Assembly (NCBI GenBank): GCA_965649825.1
Contig: OZ287697.1
Location: 124,001 to 188,000 of the forward strand
Source of the DNA: Penicillus capitatus
Lineage: Eukaryota > Plantae > Chlorophyta
DNA: 64,000 nucleotides
Reading direction: 5' to 3'
Below the pieces are notes generated by a model. That model searched no databases and was not told the DNA's origin. It saw only the letters and a program-made list of their open reading frames with translations. Below, piece after piece: positions 36,411 through 50,730 of this stretch; position 1 is the first letter of the stretch; every line of letters starts with the position of its first letter. The translations under genes were made by a program, and so were the position numbers.

Positions 36411-37393
36411 AAAAGAAGGCGCCATTCTAATGGAACGGTGATGGGACGGGACACTGATGTAACCGGTGACATTGCTGTCACTTCATCTTTCCGCGCCCTT
36501 GGCTGCGCGACGTAACTGTCGCCCCTGAGTCGCGATGAGTAGGCGTGAGTCAGGTTGACTAGTAATGAGTTCTTATGACGTTCATACTGAAGTTCTTGGA
36601 AGCTTCTAGAATCTTATTGGGAACTCACTCTTGAACTTCGTATGTTTTTCCTGTTGACACATCAGGGATTGCGTATTTTGGAGGGGTCGGACACATAAAA
36701 CATCTTTCGCTTGACATTTGAATTTACACTTGTGTCTGTGAACTGCATACAATCGGTTTCTGAAAAACAATTGTTGTTATGAAGAACTCCCTCCAGCCGT
36801 CTTACGCTCCACATCCCCGAGGATATCCTCGGCGTGGACCCGTATCTCCCCCTCGCTGGCGCGACGGCGGAGACGTTGGCGTAGAGAGTGAGCGCCTGAA
36901 TCGTTTCCGGGTTGACTCATCTCACAATCGCAACGGAAGTCTTGAAGTTAGATGAGGATGGGCGAGAGTTCGGATGCCACACCAACAGCTTTGCAGCAAA
37001 GAGACGGCTTGTTACACTTGACGATAGACAGCGAATGTTTTATAAGACAGAAACAGATTGTATGCGATTCACAAACGATAGTAGAAACTCAGGTGTCAAA
37101 CGAGAAATGTTTTGTGTGTCTGAGCCTCGCTTAAATACTCAATCCCTGATGTGACGATAGCAAAAATCGATGAACTTCAAGAGTGAGTTCGCAATGAGAT
37201 TCACAAGGAGACTAGGAAATTCGATATGGAATTCTAGAAGCTTCCTAGGAATTTCGCAGGAACTCACTCACAATCAACGCGACTCAGCGGCCACGGTTAC
37301 GTCGCACACCCAAAGACGCGACAAGCTAAGTGACAGGAATGTCACTAGTACATAGACGTCCCATCATCGTTTCGTCAGAATGGTGCCCTTTTT
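36411..37393. repeat. Long imperfect inverted repeat (foldback/MITE-like)
   Basis: Arms ~36411-36677 and ~37134-37393 are reverse complements with shared blocks (GTGACATT.CTGTCACTT, GAAGCTTCTAGAAT, GAACTCACTCTTGAA, CACATCAGGGATTG). Spacer is ~455 bp. Confidence 0.8.
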
Positions 37394-40300
37394 CATAGCT
37401 GTCTATCGTCGCTCTAATAAGTTGTCTTTTCGCTGCAACTTTTGGCACGGCCTCCGATCTTTATGCCCATCCTCATCTTGCTTCAAGACGTCCGCTGCGC
37501 TTGTGAGATGGGCCAACCCGGAGACGTTTCAGACACGCACTCTCCCTGTCGTCGTCTTCCTCGCCGCGCAAGTGAGGGGGATACATGTCCATACCGAGGA
37601 CATTCTAAGGAACGTGGAGGGTGAGGCTGCCGGAGGGAGTTCTTCACAGTGTCTATTTCTTTGTTGCTCTTTTATCTGTTCATCGTGTCCATTTGATTCA
37701 CATGAAGAGCGCTATTCAACAACACGCCTTTGTTTTCTTCCCAATCGCTACCGCTTCCCGCCTCTCCTCTCACATGGCCTCGGCACGGTGCCCGAGTGGA
37801 TACCAATAGATGCACTTTGGACACGTGCATTTGTATCCTTTGCCGAAACCGGTTTTACTCCTAGCCAAGCAGCACATAACAATTGGCCGCTGCTCCGATA
37901 GAAGCACTTGTAACGCGTCGTGGACTTCGAAGTGTCATTCTGTTTTCTCAATGACTGCGGAACGGATCGAGTGAAATCTGGGCCACATAACATCGGTCAC
38001 TTGAAGAGTGTCGCGCCGGCTGCGCTGCGCTTCATAGACTAACAGTGGAAGACTTTTTAGCTTAACGGAGCAGAGTTGTTTCAAGGTTCGAATTCGCCAA
38101 GTCATATATGAGATGTGAAAGGTTTTCATTGGGCAGGCGAGTCAGCTGGCTCTCATAGCCAGAGAAAAGCACCTCTGAGAAGCCGTGAACCCTATACGAG
38201 CGCCTTGGAAGACAGGACTCCCAGAAAACGAGGCAGACACGATGTGACAACCCCAAGTGAATGACAGTCGTTAAGCAAGAGCGTGACAAAAAGGGACAGT
38301 CTTTAGGGTTTGCATTCTTGAACTCCCTCGTTTAGAGGAATTTTCAAAAGACCTTCAATGATCCACTTCATCCGATCAAGGAGTGGCAAAACTGTCTTCG
38401 TCCTTTAAATTCGCCGACCCTGGTTCTGTAACCGTCTGCCGCCCTGCCCCACCATTAAGCCTCCGGCTATAGCCACCCTCTGTGCCAGATTTACTCTATA
38501 CTGTCAAGGATAAGCCCTTCTGTGGTAGCCCGCGAGGTAGTCTGGTCTCTTTTCACAGCTAACAGGACTGTTTCGGACACCAGAGTTATGATCCGTACAT
38601 CTTACCTTATGGATAGAGATATTGACAACGTGTTGTCCTTGTTCGTGGGACTGACATGCATTATGCACTGGCACAATGCTCCTCCCCTTCGAATGATGAT
38701 GATCTGGAAACCCAACAAAGACGGTGGTGGCACGCGTAGATAACTTGCATAACTTTTTGTTAACGGCGGCCCTCTGTGCCAAACCACTGTTCATGTTCTT
38801 TCTGTGAGACGTCCGGTGTAAAAGGTTAAGCAGAGCGTTGAATGGTAAAGGATTTCAGTGCTGCGCAATACAACACGGTAGGCCAAAACTCGACAAGGTA
38901 CCTCTAGGGGTAATGGAGCCTTCATTCGTAAGAGGACAGTAGTGCGGAAGGACGGGCGGAGACCGCCGGCGAAAATACTCCGCGGAGTCGTGTGGACACT
39001 AAAGCGTGTTAAATGGACGAGGAAAACATTCCGACGTCACTTCAGAAAGACGCGACAAGACGCGACGGATGTGAAGGACAGACAGGCACGTACGACACAG
39101 AGGCAACGACCGGTCTCATTGTGGAATGACTGTTTTGGAACAGCTTTTAAAATGAATCGCGCTCGTTCTCAAGACGACGTGTTGGTTGACGCACACAAAT
39201 TCACTCGACTCCTTACATGCATCCTCCAACCCCCCTTGTAAAACCTGCAAGAAGGAATCGGCACGCCTTCCAGAACATTGAGCACACTCTCCACTCCAAG
39301 CGCTCATCTCATTTGTCTCACGGACCATTCTCATCAAAAGAATCATCTACTCCTTCGATTTTTCCGCATCTGGGAATCCTAAAACGTCAGCAGATGCCTT
39401 TTTCGATTCGGCTTGAAGGTCGTTGTCGTCTCTAAGCGTTCAACGCTCAATCCGCTCCGCGAAGCTGAGGCTGCGAGATCGACATCCGAGAAGACTCTTT
39501 CTAACGAGCGCAGAGACCCAGGGATGCTCGGAATGGTGCGTGCCGAAGCAGCAGTCGGCAGAATCCGGTGCACGAGGCTTGTACTATCACAACGTACATG
39601 GAAAACTTGACATCGGCCAAGCTCCGCATGCAAGGGCAGTTCTTGCCCGTCACGCACACGACCCGATCGTCCACTTGACTTCGAGGACAGTACCAAAGGA
39701 GAACGTCAGACTCGGCTGTCCAAAATTGCGATCTGACCCTCTCACCCTTTGCGCGTGTACTCTGTTTGAGATAGCCTCCCGTTAGGCCGAACAACAGTCC
39801 GGATCCAAAAACTCTTGAGAGTTCATGGACTGCGAACAAAGGACAACAAGAGTCTCAGCACGTTGATCTTCTTCGTCCGCCGATCGATCATCGACGCTGG
39901 CGTGTCCAATGAGTTCTCCGAGGTATCGAAGATGATGAACGGCTTCAGAGTCCCAGCCGAGAACGACATCAGTCCATTCCCGAGCTCAAAGTCGATATCT
40001 TTCAGTCGTCTCAGTACAGCACCGTTGGGTTCGCGCCGTTTCGATTCCATCTTCAGCAGAGATGCTTGCGCATCTGCACTTCAACGAGACTCGTCCGGAT
40101 GCAGAGCCCAATGACGTGCGCCAGTACCGTAGAGAGCAGACTATTTCCACAGACGACTCGGCAACTAAGAGAGCTTCCAGACCTAGAAGACAAAGGAGAT
40201 AGGTCTCGGCTGCGGCCAGCATGATTCCGTTCGGCATACGTGTTTTGAAGGAACTGGGTGCTCAAGCAAAGTGGTAACTCGCCTCGCGATCGTCGAGAAG

Positions 40301-40889
40301 GGATCTGAACAAGTCGAACCGAAATCGAGCGGGGACGACACTCGAAACCAGTCCTCTGGTGGGACGTCTATTCTCTTCTCGACCACGTTCGGGTGCCGCA
40401 TTCCTTTTCCTGGCTGCAGAAAACGTTCCAGAAGTCGGTTTGACAGATATGGTTTCTTTCATGTCGAGTCTCACACCTTGTCACTGCAGCACATCTTCCT
40501 TGATGATCCCCGTCTGTTTTGCATCGTCTTTCAGTGACAGCTGCTGATCCAATGCGTCAAGCAGACGGATTTGGAAACGACGTCGCCGAAGGCTTGTTGG
40601 GCGCCTTTCTCCGAGACCTTGACTGCAGCAACAGAGGCTGGCGGACGCAGTCGCTTCGACGGTTCGCACGTTTGCGACTTTGCGGACTTCATCTCCTTCA
40701 TGAATTCGTCTAACGAGTGGAGGAGAAGGCGATAATGATGAAGGGTTGAAAGAGTCAGCATTAGTCACTTTGATTTTCGTTCTGTTGCGTGGATTATATT
40801 GATTCTTTTTTGTCGCGAGATCGAGGCTCTCGCCGTGTGGAGTCGCGCTGTCCGTTCTCAGTTTCGCCGGGTCGTTTTACGTGAAAGAG

Positions 40890-42491
40890 ATGTGGACTGC
40901 CGTCCTCTGTTCTCTGCTCGTCGCAATCGTGACGCGTGCCCTCTGGCGCAGGTGGAGGTACGATCTCCACAAGGTACCGGCACCGCCGGGCTGGCCAGTC
41001 CTGGGTCACACTCTCGACTTCGTTAGCGGCGGAGCGACCAGAGACCTGACGAGATGGGCCGGACACCGTCTCAAGCGCCTCAATTACCCGAAGATGATGC
41101 GGGTTCGATGCTCGCCGTCCATGTCAGCTGTGAAAAATGTCGCCGTAGATTGACATCTTCGGGAATCCTTGGCTGTTGGTCACAGACGACGAATTCGTAA
41201 AGAGCACTATGATGGCCAACAAAGATCCCTTTCCTAGAAGCCTTGAAGGCTCCACTGCCGTACTTCAGGTTAGCTGATTGACTGATGGAATCACATGATT
41301 CTGTGAATGCAGATGATAGGGAACAATCCACAAGCAAAATCATCTGGACTGCATCCCAAATCGACGCCATACGTCAAGGCGGTTCGTAGAGTTTACTTAA
41401 CCGCTTTTCAGACGAACAATCTGAGGGTGGCGATGCCGAAGATCCTCGGTGTCATGAAAAACATGGTCTCCGTCATTGAATCTAAAAGAAAGGATGGTCC
41501 GATCGACGTCCAGACTCTCTTCGTCTCCCTGACGTTGGATGCCATCGGTTCCATTGCTTTCCACAAAAACATGGGAGGTTTGGATGGAAGTGGAGAGTTG
41601 CTCAGTCTCATCTTGGAAACAGGGTACATTGCTAGAGAAGCCATCAGCGATCCACTGAAGACTATCTTCTATAAGCTCTTTCCATACTCCAAGGCCACAA
41701 AGCACCGAAACTCAGTAATCAACAAAATGCGTAACGAGTGGGCACTTCTCACTGACGAGATTCTGGCGCGAGAGGACCCTGCCAACGGTGAAGAGCCTAT
41801 CTGGTACGGTCTGAAGCATCTCATAGATCCAGAAACGAAGAAGCGCGCCGACTTCGAACTCCTTCTGGCAGAAGTTGGGACTGTAGTGATCACCGGTATG
41901 GACACCACAGGTCATCAACTCGCATGGATCCTTGGTCTCTTGGCCACTCGTCCCGATGTCATCGAGAAGATGTTAGACGAGTTGAAGCAGCACGGTCTGT
42001 ACGGAGACACTCAGAAAGAACTGCAATTCGAAGACTTGTCGAACCTGACCTATCTCAATGCTGTCGTTAGGGAGGGCATGAGAGTAGTGCATATTTTTCC
42101 GGCAGGCTTCGCTCGAACTGTGCCAAAAGACATGAGCATTCTCGGATACAGAGTCCCGAAGGGGACGATGATTATGCAAATTGGCAACCGTGCGTACCAA
42201 ATCGACACAGACTGGAACGATCTGGAAAGCTTTAAGCCAGAGAGGTGGCTCAGCGACGACGCAGTTTGCCGTTCACACAACATTAATTTCTCTTTGGGAC
42301 CCAGAGATTGCATCGGACAGAAACTTGCAATGCTGGAAATGCGAGTTGCCATTATTACTATCCTTCAAAAATATGATATCTCCTTGGTCGGATCGTATGC
42401 AGATTTGGCAAACAATGTGACAACGGGTATCGTCATTGAAGCTGAGAAAGGCATCTGGGTGGACTTTTCTCCGAAAAAGACTTCTACGTAA
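40890..42491 (+). CDS. Cytochrome P450 (type B copy 4), intact
   Basis: 3 exons, TGMDTT, EGMR, KPERW, FSLGPRDCIG. Confidence 0.95.
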
Positions 42492-43149
42492 CGCGGCTGA
42501 AATCCTTGTTCAAAATTCAACGTTCAACATTACAAAGTGTTTCACAATGTTGCTTTTTATGTGTGGATGCACTAAATTCTAAACACAACAAAAGAAGTGT
42601 GAGGTCTGACTATTTTTTTTCACCTGCGATGTACGGCGCAAGGGCTGTCATTTCCATGCAGATTCCTTTGTAATGGCATTGCAGGTTGACTTAATGCATC
42701 TGTCTTGATTGTCTTGACGTCGTTTCGCCGTACCTTGTCGTCTTACTTATACCTTAACAAATGATGTCCATCACAAGCGTCGTGATGATACGGTGCGTAC
42801 CCTTTTCAGTCGGCTATCTCGTTCACGATGTCGCTTGCCCCCACAGGGTGTCGGGAAGCGATGAATCCAAGTACTGGTGGTCTCGTCGACAGCCAGCGTC
42901 GCCAGTGGCATGTGGACCGCTGTGAATCTAGGTGCAACAGGTCTGTTGGTTGCGAATGCTGGAAACAATGACTCGCTGAATGATGACAAACATGCAAGAG
43001 GAGTGCAAGCTATTGATGTAATCGCTTCAAGGTCGTTTGAGAGTCCCAGAATAGCAAACAGTTCCTTACAATTCATCAATCGGGACTTCCTGATCGAATT
43101 GTGAAGGAATCCGTGTCAAAGAAGGTGGCGGAAGATATATATAATTCCT

Positions 43150-44640
43150 ACCTTACAATTTTGTGTGCTAGTGGCATGTGGGGTTAATGACAGTACAATG
43201 CAGGTTGTTAAGAGATGGATTTGGGACGTTTCCCATCGTTTACACATCTTTCCCCGCAGGGATATCAGTGAATCGATGAACTTGCGGTTTTGAATCAGTG
43301 CGATCGCTCTTTGAGAGTACTATGGTGCGCCCCATAATCTCTGTCGAGTGTCTCGAAAGTGTTGACAAGAGCAGAGGTGATCCTGCTCGTGGGATAGGTA
43401 TAGGCGGACTTCGTCTTTCTATTCTGAGTGCTTGGGTATCTCTGTAGCGGTTCAAGGTCGGCCTGGATTCTTGCGCGGAGCTATTCCTGAGGTTCCAGCT
43501 TTCCAGATGTGTAGGTGGTAGGCTTCGAGTTGCCCTTCATTGTTCTTCGATCTTCTTAAAGATATTGCAGACCCTTGCGTGGGGTAAATCAAGCTGAGCG
43601 CAGTAGAAGTTCATGATAGCGATTTTTGCTGCATGTGAAGCTAGCGAGGAAGATTGTTTCAAAAGGTGATGAAAAGGGTAGTGGTCCGATGATCCAGATA
43701 CAGCACAGTTAGATGATAAGATCCAAGAGGTTGCGTGATGGAGATAACTTCCAGCCGAAAGCCCCATGCTTCGATTGCATATGCATGAACGGCAAGGATA
43801 TCACCCCTAACGAGCTGTTGGACGATTGATGGGCGAGAGCCAAAAAAAAGTAGTAACGATCATCTTCATTTAGGCTAGTCTTCGGAGCGCAGAAGCTCGA
43901 ATCTGGTTCGCATGTCGGTTTATTCGAAGGCGGAAATCGATTTGGATTCCCAGGGAGAGCAGTAATTAAGTGGACCGTTGGTTCCATAAGTATAGAGCTC
44001 GGCAGACTTTCTTGCTTTGTCTGAAGACAGCTACAGCCTAAGTTTTCTCAATGCTGAATTTCATCTCGGTTGCAATCCGCCTATTTCTCCAGCTTTATGA
44101 GGGTTGACTGCATGTCAGTTGCATTTGTTCCGTCCTCCTCGAGTTTTTTCCAGAGTACTAAACCATCGGCATACATCTGTCCAGCAAATTGGTCTGATAG
44201 TTCCTGGAGTAATCCATTGGTACAAGGGATGATGAACGCCGGGGGTAATGGTGAGTCTAGCGGCAACACCTGTGTTGGGTAGAAGGGCCAGATTTCAGAG
44301 CTAACTTTGCAGTTTCGCGGTCCCAGAATAGACAATAAAGAATGCAAAGAAGATAGCGAGGTATCTTAGTGTCCGAGATTGCCTTCCACATTATGTCTAG
44401 ATCTGTTGAGTCGACGACTGCTTGGAGATCGAACGACATTGCTAAAAGCTGCTTTCGGATATAAAGGGCTCTGACTGCTCTGTCCAAAAAATCTGCTTAT
44501 GGCTTGTGTAGTGGATCTGTTGCGCCGAAAGCCATATTGGCATTCCGATCAGATTCTCGATTTCTCCGGATGGAGTTGTGAAGAACAACCTTGGGCCGGA
44601 CTTCGGTTCAGGTGACGAGTCGCGCACAGAGACTTCGGCA
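43150..44640 (-). mobile_element. Degenerate LINE reverse-transcriptase remnant
   Basis: DLQAVVDST...LW-like motif, PLDSPLPP (QG/SP region) and MYADGLVLW (YADD relic), with many stops. It interrupts the duplicated type B downstream block. Confidence 0.75.
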
Positions 44641-47600
44641 AGGTTAATTACATAGCCGAAGGCGAATACAACAAAACTGCTCTCTCCTAAATACTCAGAA
44701 AACTATGTGTCACATCATCAGGTAATCGTCTCGGCATGATGACGGCCGGTGTTGTGATCGTTGAAACGACTTTGCAAGAACGGAGTCGAACAGGCACGCG
44801 ACGACAACGAAAAACAAACGCTCGAACGATAGCACAGGAACTCGAGATAATTACAACAGGAATGTCAACTTTAAATACCCACGGTGGTTGTGAGTCCCTT
44901 AACTTTAATGTCTAACTGTCGTGAACTTCAAGGTATGTTCGGAAACCATCGCCCTATTGTTATAAGAAAGTTGGCTCGGAGGCTAGCATCCGTCGCGTCT
45001 GATGGTCACCGCGCCAGGGTGGTTACCCAGAATCGAACCGCTTCCGACGGCTACGAACAATGAATTAGATGCTACATTTCCAACACCCGGGTCTCAACTA
45101 CTCAACCCTAATCGTCGCGCACAGGCGTGGCGACGTGTCCAACCCGCGAGGCTTAGACTGTTGTCGTACTCCCGTCATTGACTGTGGCTTCTAATTCCGT
45201 CGGTGTACTTTGGGAGTCTATCAGGAGGTCTACATTCGAGAATGCTTCGCCCCAGGTGTGATATCGCGTCTAGGGCCCATGACGAAGGACACGCTTCGAC
45301 GCCCAGACAAAACGCTTCATACTCGAACTCGTTCGAACAAAATCGCAAAAAAAGTCCAACACAGAGCGAGATGACGGTTCAGCTTCCCTTCATTATTCTT
45401 TCGCCGAGATTGTCGGCCTCGTGGACTTGGTCTTGTGACACTCCTCGCAGGTTCGTTGACCACTCGTGAATACGGTGGCTGTTCTTCCACTTCTGGATGA
45501 TTTGACGAACTAGCCCCGTTCAGGTTCTCAATCCGATCTTCTTGTGCGGAGCTTCTTCGGGACTCGTACAGTTCGGCGTTGTGCACTACCTGTTCGGCAC
45601 CGCGTTGGAATAAGTCGGAAGCGTCCACGCTCCGCCGTTCTCCTTCTCGCCAGAACCTGAGTGCCGAAATGTATGGTGACTCCTGATACAGCGGTGAGTA
45701 ATGAATAGTCGCGTGGGAAACGGCGCGTTGCTCGTCGTCGTCTGCCAGGCTGAAATCGCACCCGAAAACCTTACAGCGTCAGAGAGTTCTTTGTTCACCA
45801 AAAGTCTCCTTTTATGTTCCCTCAACGATGTGACTCTCACCGACGATGAGTCACCCCTCGCCCCTAGCCAGAGACGCGCCCCCCCCCCTTTCAGCCCAAG
45901 ACCCCCCTCTGACAAGACCCTGAGTGTCCCTTGACGGTGTGGCCCCAAGACCAGCCAGGCAGTCCCCTCAGTCGTTTTCCGTCCTCTGTGTTCGCCCCAT
46001 CATGATCTCATTATGGAGCCGGAGCCGTTTTCCTATCTTGCCGACAGAGATGCCTCTCGCTTCCCCCTTTATTCGTTCTTGTTCAACCTGCCGGGTTCAC
46101 ACCAGGCAGGCGTTTTAAGGCCGGCCACATAGTGTCGTTTCCCGGCGACGAGCGGTGATGGTGCGCTGAGTATGTCGCCAAGATTTGTTCTAGCGATGTG
46201 ATTGTCTTGTGATGAGGGGGTCATCTATGTCAAGGGACGCTCCTGTTTTCTCAAATGGAGTTCAGCTGCATCAAGGAACGCAATTCTCTGGTTCTAAGAC
46301 TTTGATGACTCAGCTGCCTACACTGTCGCGTCATCATGCGAGTACATAATGGGCAGTTCGAACCAATTAGGACCTTATTCTGTAAACGCCAGAAGTCTTC
46401 CGCTGTGAAACGTTTTCTGCACGGCCACCGCCAACAAAGTGGTCAGGTGAAGAAGTTTTTGGTGACGGTTTGAAGGCCGACGAGATTGGTCGCTTGAACG
46501 TGAAGAAGTACTCAGCGACGGTAAAAAGGTCTGGAGAGGGTCGCGAAGTGACCAAAGAAGGGTGAAAGACGAGACCGCAGTAGGACGTGGAAGTCGTGAT
46601 TGGCCAGATGCCCGAGGTTCGAGTCTAGATGACGTGCATTCTTATAATGTTTGGTAAAACGCCACTGTCATCCACGGGCACTGAGACACTGGCCAGAAAT
46701 CTCAGAAACTAGCGAAACTCGATAGTTGCCGAGGTCGCGACGACGTCGAGTTTGACGTTGCAAATGACCTGCGAGGTGTAGGCGACGTCGAGTTCTGAGC
46801 CGGAAATCCGAGGCGACGAAGAATACTGTAACCTTGAATGATCAACCTGAATTACAGCAAAAAACGAGAAAAACGTGGCAGTGAGTTGACGCGATGAAAT
46901 GGGCAGTCAACGCGCTGAGAAGAAGACGCAGTGTGCGGTAGAAGTCTGAAGATGTGGTGTCGCAGTGAGGCAACATCATATAATAAAGATGTCTCCAAAA
47001 GGCGACAAAAAAGCATGAATTTTGTTTGTGTAACTGAGAAAAACGCAAAAGAAACGGAGTACATAGACATACAAAATAAAAACTTTAGGGGCAAGTTTAG
47101 GTTTAAAAGCTTCCGGTGTTACGTGCGAATTGTGTCGATCCAATCGCTTTACGTCGCTGACGACTTTAAGCATAATCCCGCTTCCGTGCTGACGATTTTG
47201 GCCTGTTTTTTAGCGCCAATTTTGTCCCATCGTCGCATAGTACTGCAGAAAACCAACAAGCAGAATGCTGAGAACACTTTCTTTTTCTTCTGTTTGCTAG
47301 CTTGCCGAATTTTTAGATGCATTGTTCCTTCTCGACCTGCATGCTGAAGGAATAATGCTGTTTCCATTCTCGTTCTGCGTCTTCATGCGATTATGGAGAA
47401 CTTTGAGCTCTATTGTATGCGTATAGTAGGTTCAACTTACTCATTGCTACGCAGTTCCCCCGAGCGACTCGCATCCGATGAAGACCTATCTCCGTATCAG
47501 GTTTACACCCAGGGAGTCGTTCATGCCGCACCTACGCATTCTTGTTGTTCGAATCGACATACAGTATGCAGCTAGCGAAAAAACGATATACCCAAAAAGG

Positions 47601-48246
47601 TCGAAAGAACATCCTGGTACGTGCACACATGTAAAGGTTTTTTGGTGGATACTTGATTTCTGCCATCTGTGATGGAATCGTTGGTTTCCAAAGTGCGCCG
47701 GAATTCTATCTCATCTCTGAGTTTCTTCTTCTGGCTTCTGCTTATAGTTTGGGCAAAGGTCTATCGTTTAAACGGACCAATTTAAGATGCAATGAATTCT
47801 GATTCCCATCGTCGATGCTAAACGCAGTGAATACAGCTGATTCGCCTCAGCGCCAGGCAAAACTTCTCAAGGAACCCAGGGACCTGCACAGTTCACTGCC
47901 GCTGCGCCTCATTGCTTTCATGTCATTGCACTTCGTTCAACTCTTTCGTCTCCAGAAAAAAAACGAGGCAGAACAATGCCAAGCCCTCAAGCATTAGAAG
48001 CATACCTGTTGTACATTGTGCTGGGACGATGAGGTCTTCATGGACGAGCATTTGGTGCGTGATCCTGCAGCGATGGACGCCGCTCTCGTCTGTTATAAAC
48101 GTTCCACCCGCACCGCAAAATTTGCTCATGCGTGGGATATACGGTTGATCGTCAGCAGCGTATGGTGGACCGTTATTAAAACTCGTTTCTGCGTGTGTTC
48201 GTTCACTGAGGACAGCCACTGTCAGTACCGAGCACCGCAAAAGGAA

Positions 48247-49847
48247 ATGTGGACGGCATTGCTTTGGTCGCTCGTTACCGTATGGCTTTCGCGCTTTCTG
48301 TGGAGAAGATGGAAATACGACCTGCACAAGATACCTTGTCCTCCCGGACTGCCAATCTTGGGCCACACGCTTTCGTTGACGCGCGGCGAGGGACTGAGAG
48401 ATTGCGCAAGATGGGTGGGTAATGCGCTCAAGAGACTTGACTACCCGAAGTTGATGCGGGTGAGCAATTCTCGAACTCGAGTCGCGTTTAAAGAGAACGG
48501 TTTCAGTTGGACGTCATGGGCACGTCGGAACTCATCGTGACGGACGACGCCTTCGTCAAAACGGTGATCCTTTCCTCTCAGAATCCGTTTCCGATAGGAG
48601 CAAACGGACATTTCATACTGCCGGTACGTAAGCAGATTGAATAACACAGATTCACTCAGAGATCTGTATAGATGATCGGAGACGATGTACAAGCAAAGAG
48701 CCTTATGTTGAACGCCGAAGTCACGCCATATGTGAAGGCGGTTCGTAAGATCTATACAGAAGCCGTGCAGTCGTCGAGTCTTAGGGCAGCAATGCCCAGA
48801 TTTCAGAACGTCATGCGGAGAATGCTTTCCGTCGTCGAGTCCAGAAGAAAAGATCGTCCGGTCGAACTTCAGAAGCTCTTCCTAAGTATGGCGCTGGATG
48901 GAATCGGTGCGCTGGCTTTCGATGTAAACATGGGCAGTCTGGATGACAGCAGCGAGTGCTTTTATCTGCTCAGGGAGGCATCATACATCGGAAGGCAGAG
49001 GTTCTCGAATCCCTTGGGTGAAATCTACTGTAGAATGTTCCCGAAGTCGGCGACAGCTCTGCATCAGCATAAGACCATAGAGAATCTGAATAGCAAGTGG
49101 AAGGAACTGACGGACGACATCTTGCAGAGAGAGGCACCGACCACAGGAGAGAACCCCATTTGGTATGGACTGCAGCGTCTGGTGGATCCCGAAACGAAGA
49201 AACCCATTCCCTACAACAGACTTCTCTCAGAAGTCGCTACGGTCGTACTTACCGGGATGGAGACTATTGGACATCAGCTGGCGTGGATCTTGGCCATCAT
49301 CGCATCCAGATCCGACGTGGCGGAAAAGATTGTCAAAGAGCTGGACAAACATGGGCTCTATGGCGAAAACGCACGAGAACTGCAGTTTGAAGACTTGGCC
49401 AATCTGACTTACCTGACAGCTGTCATTAAAGAAGGAATGAGAGTGGTCTGGATGGATGCCGCCTCATTTCCTCGCATCGTTCCAGAAGATATGACGATTC
49501 TGGGATACAGAGTGCCAAAAGGCACTCAGATCACACGATTTGGACACAGAGCATTTCAGGTCGATACCGACTGGAACGACCCAAATTCATTTGATCCAGA
49601 AGCAGAGTTCGCAGACGATGATCTTCGCAACAGGTGCAATGTCATGTTCTCATCGGGTCCGAGAGATTGTGTCGGCCAGAAGCTGGCCATGCTCGAAATG
49701 CGCCTTGCCATCATCTCTCTCTTGCAGAAGTATAGACTCTCGCTGGTTGGTACTGTTCAAGATTTGATGGACAACGTTCTCACAAGCGGAGCCGTTGAAG
49801 TGAAAGGCGGTATATGGATCAACGTGGTGCCAAGGGAGAATCTTTGA
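48247..49847 (+). CDS. Cytochrome P450 (type A copy 3), intact
   Basis: 3 exons, TGMETI, EGMR, FDPEAEF, FSSGPRDCVG. The only undisrupted type A copy. Confidence 0.94.
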
Positions 49848-50730
49848 GTTTTAAAGCATCATCTCCAGATTCCAATAACTATCAGCAGTGTTTTTTGTAT
49901 CGATCGAGTAAAAAGGACGCGGGAGCAAACAGAGCACGTTCATTGATCTTGTGTATACAAGATCCGCCTATCGTCTAATGGTTGTTTGCTTTCGAAATTT
50001 GGTGAACATTAGCTCACGGTGAATTCTCGTGACCTCGCACGACATGGACAGTATTCGACATGAATCCGCACACTCGATCTTATCTGAAATGGCCTGGAAT
50101 GTTTAACTGTGATGTTGAGGGCAGCACGTTTATGCCATACGACTGAGATTTATCACGCATTGGGTGAGCGTCAAGGGGCATAATGGACTCCATTATCCGC
50201 GTATAAACGGATCACATCTTGTGAAGATTCGATCTTTCAAGTCTGAAATAGCTTTCTGTTTGTCGTAGGAGCACTTATTCACAGCGATGACTATCTTACG
50301 ATCACAGAGCGCATGGAATAAATGCGAGGTTATACAGCGGACTAAAATTGCCCACTAACTATGATGATTAAAATCTCCTGCGCGACGATGAAAACCAACA
50401 ATTGCGTACGCAGTTTGGCAAGCCTCTCACAAACCTCACAAGCAGTTGTCCACATCGTTTTGTCATGTAACAGATGTTAGAAGATATGGACTGCTCTGAT
50501 ACACACTTTATCTGTCGTCAAATTAGGCGTATACTATCAGCTGGGTCTTTAATGGATTCACCGTCAGCGTTCACTCAAAAACATCTCCGATGAAATGATC
50601 GATTGAGTGGTTGGCTTGTCGGCATGATCCGGTAGGGGAAGTGCAATGTCGGTTTCTTTAAAGTGCGCACCACTGCACAGTGGGATCCACGTCTTTTAAT
50701 TCTTTCCACATTCAAAGAATCAAAAGAAAA

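Noticed and set aside
38058-38095. TAGCTTAACGG...GGTTCGAATTC, tRNA A/B-box-like
   Set aside because: Only 16 nt between boxes, with no anticodon arm or acceptor stem.
39200-40560. Coding-like minus-strand segments
   Set aside because: I could not build an in-phase spliced model or recognise a domain. Left unannotated.
46676-46700. Resemblance to the 16S rRNA ACTGAGACACGGCCCAGA region
   Set aside because: ~20 nt imperfect match with no flanking rRNA similarity.
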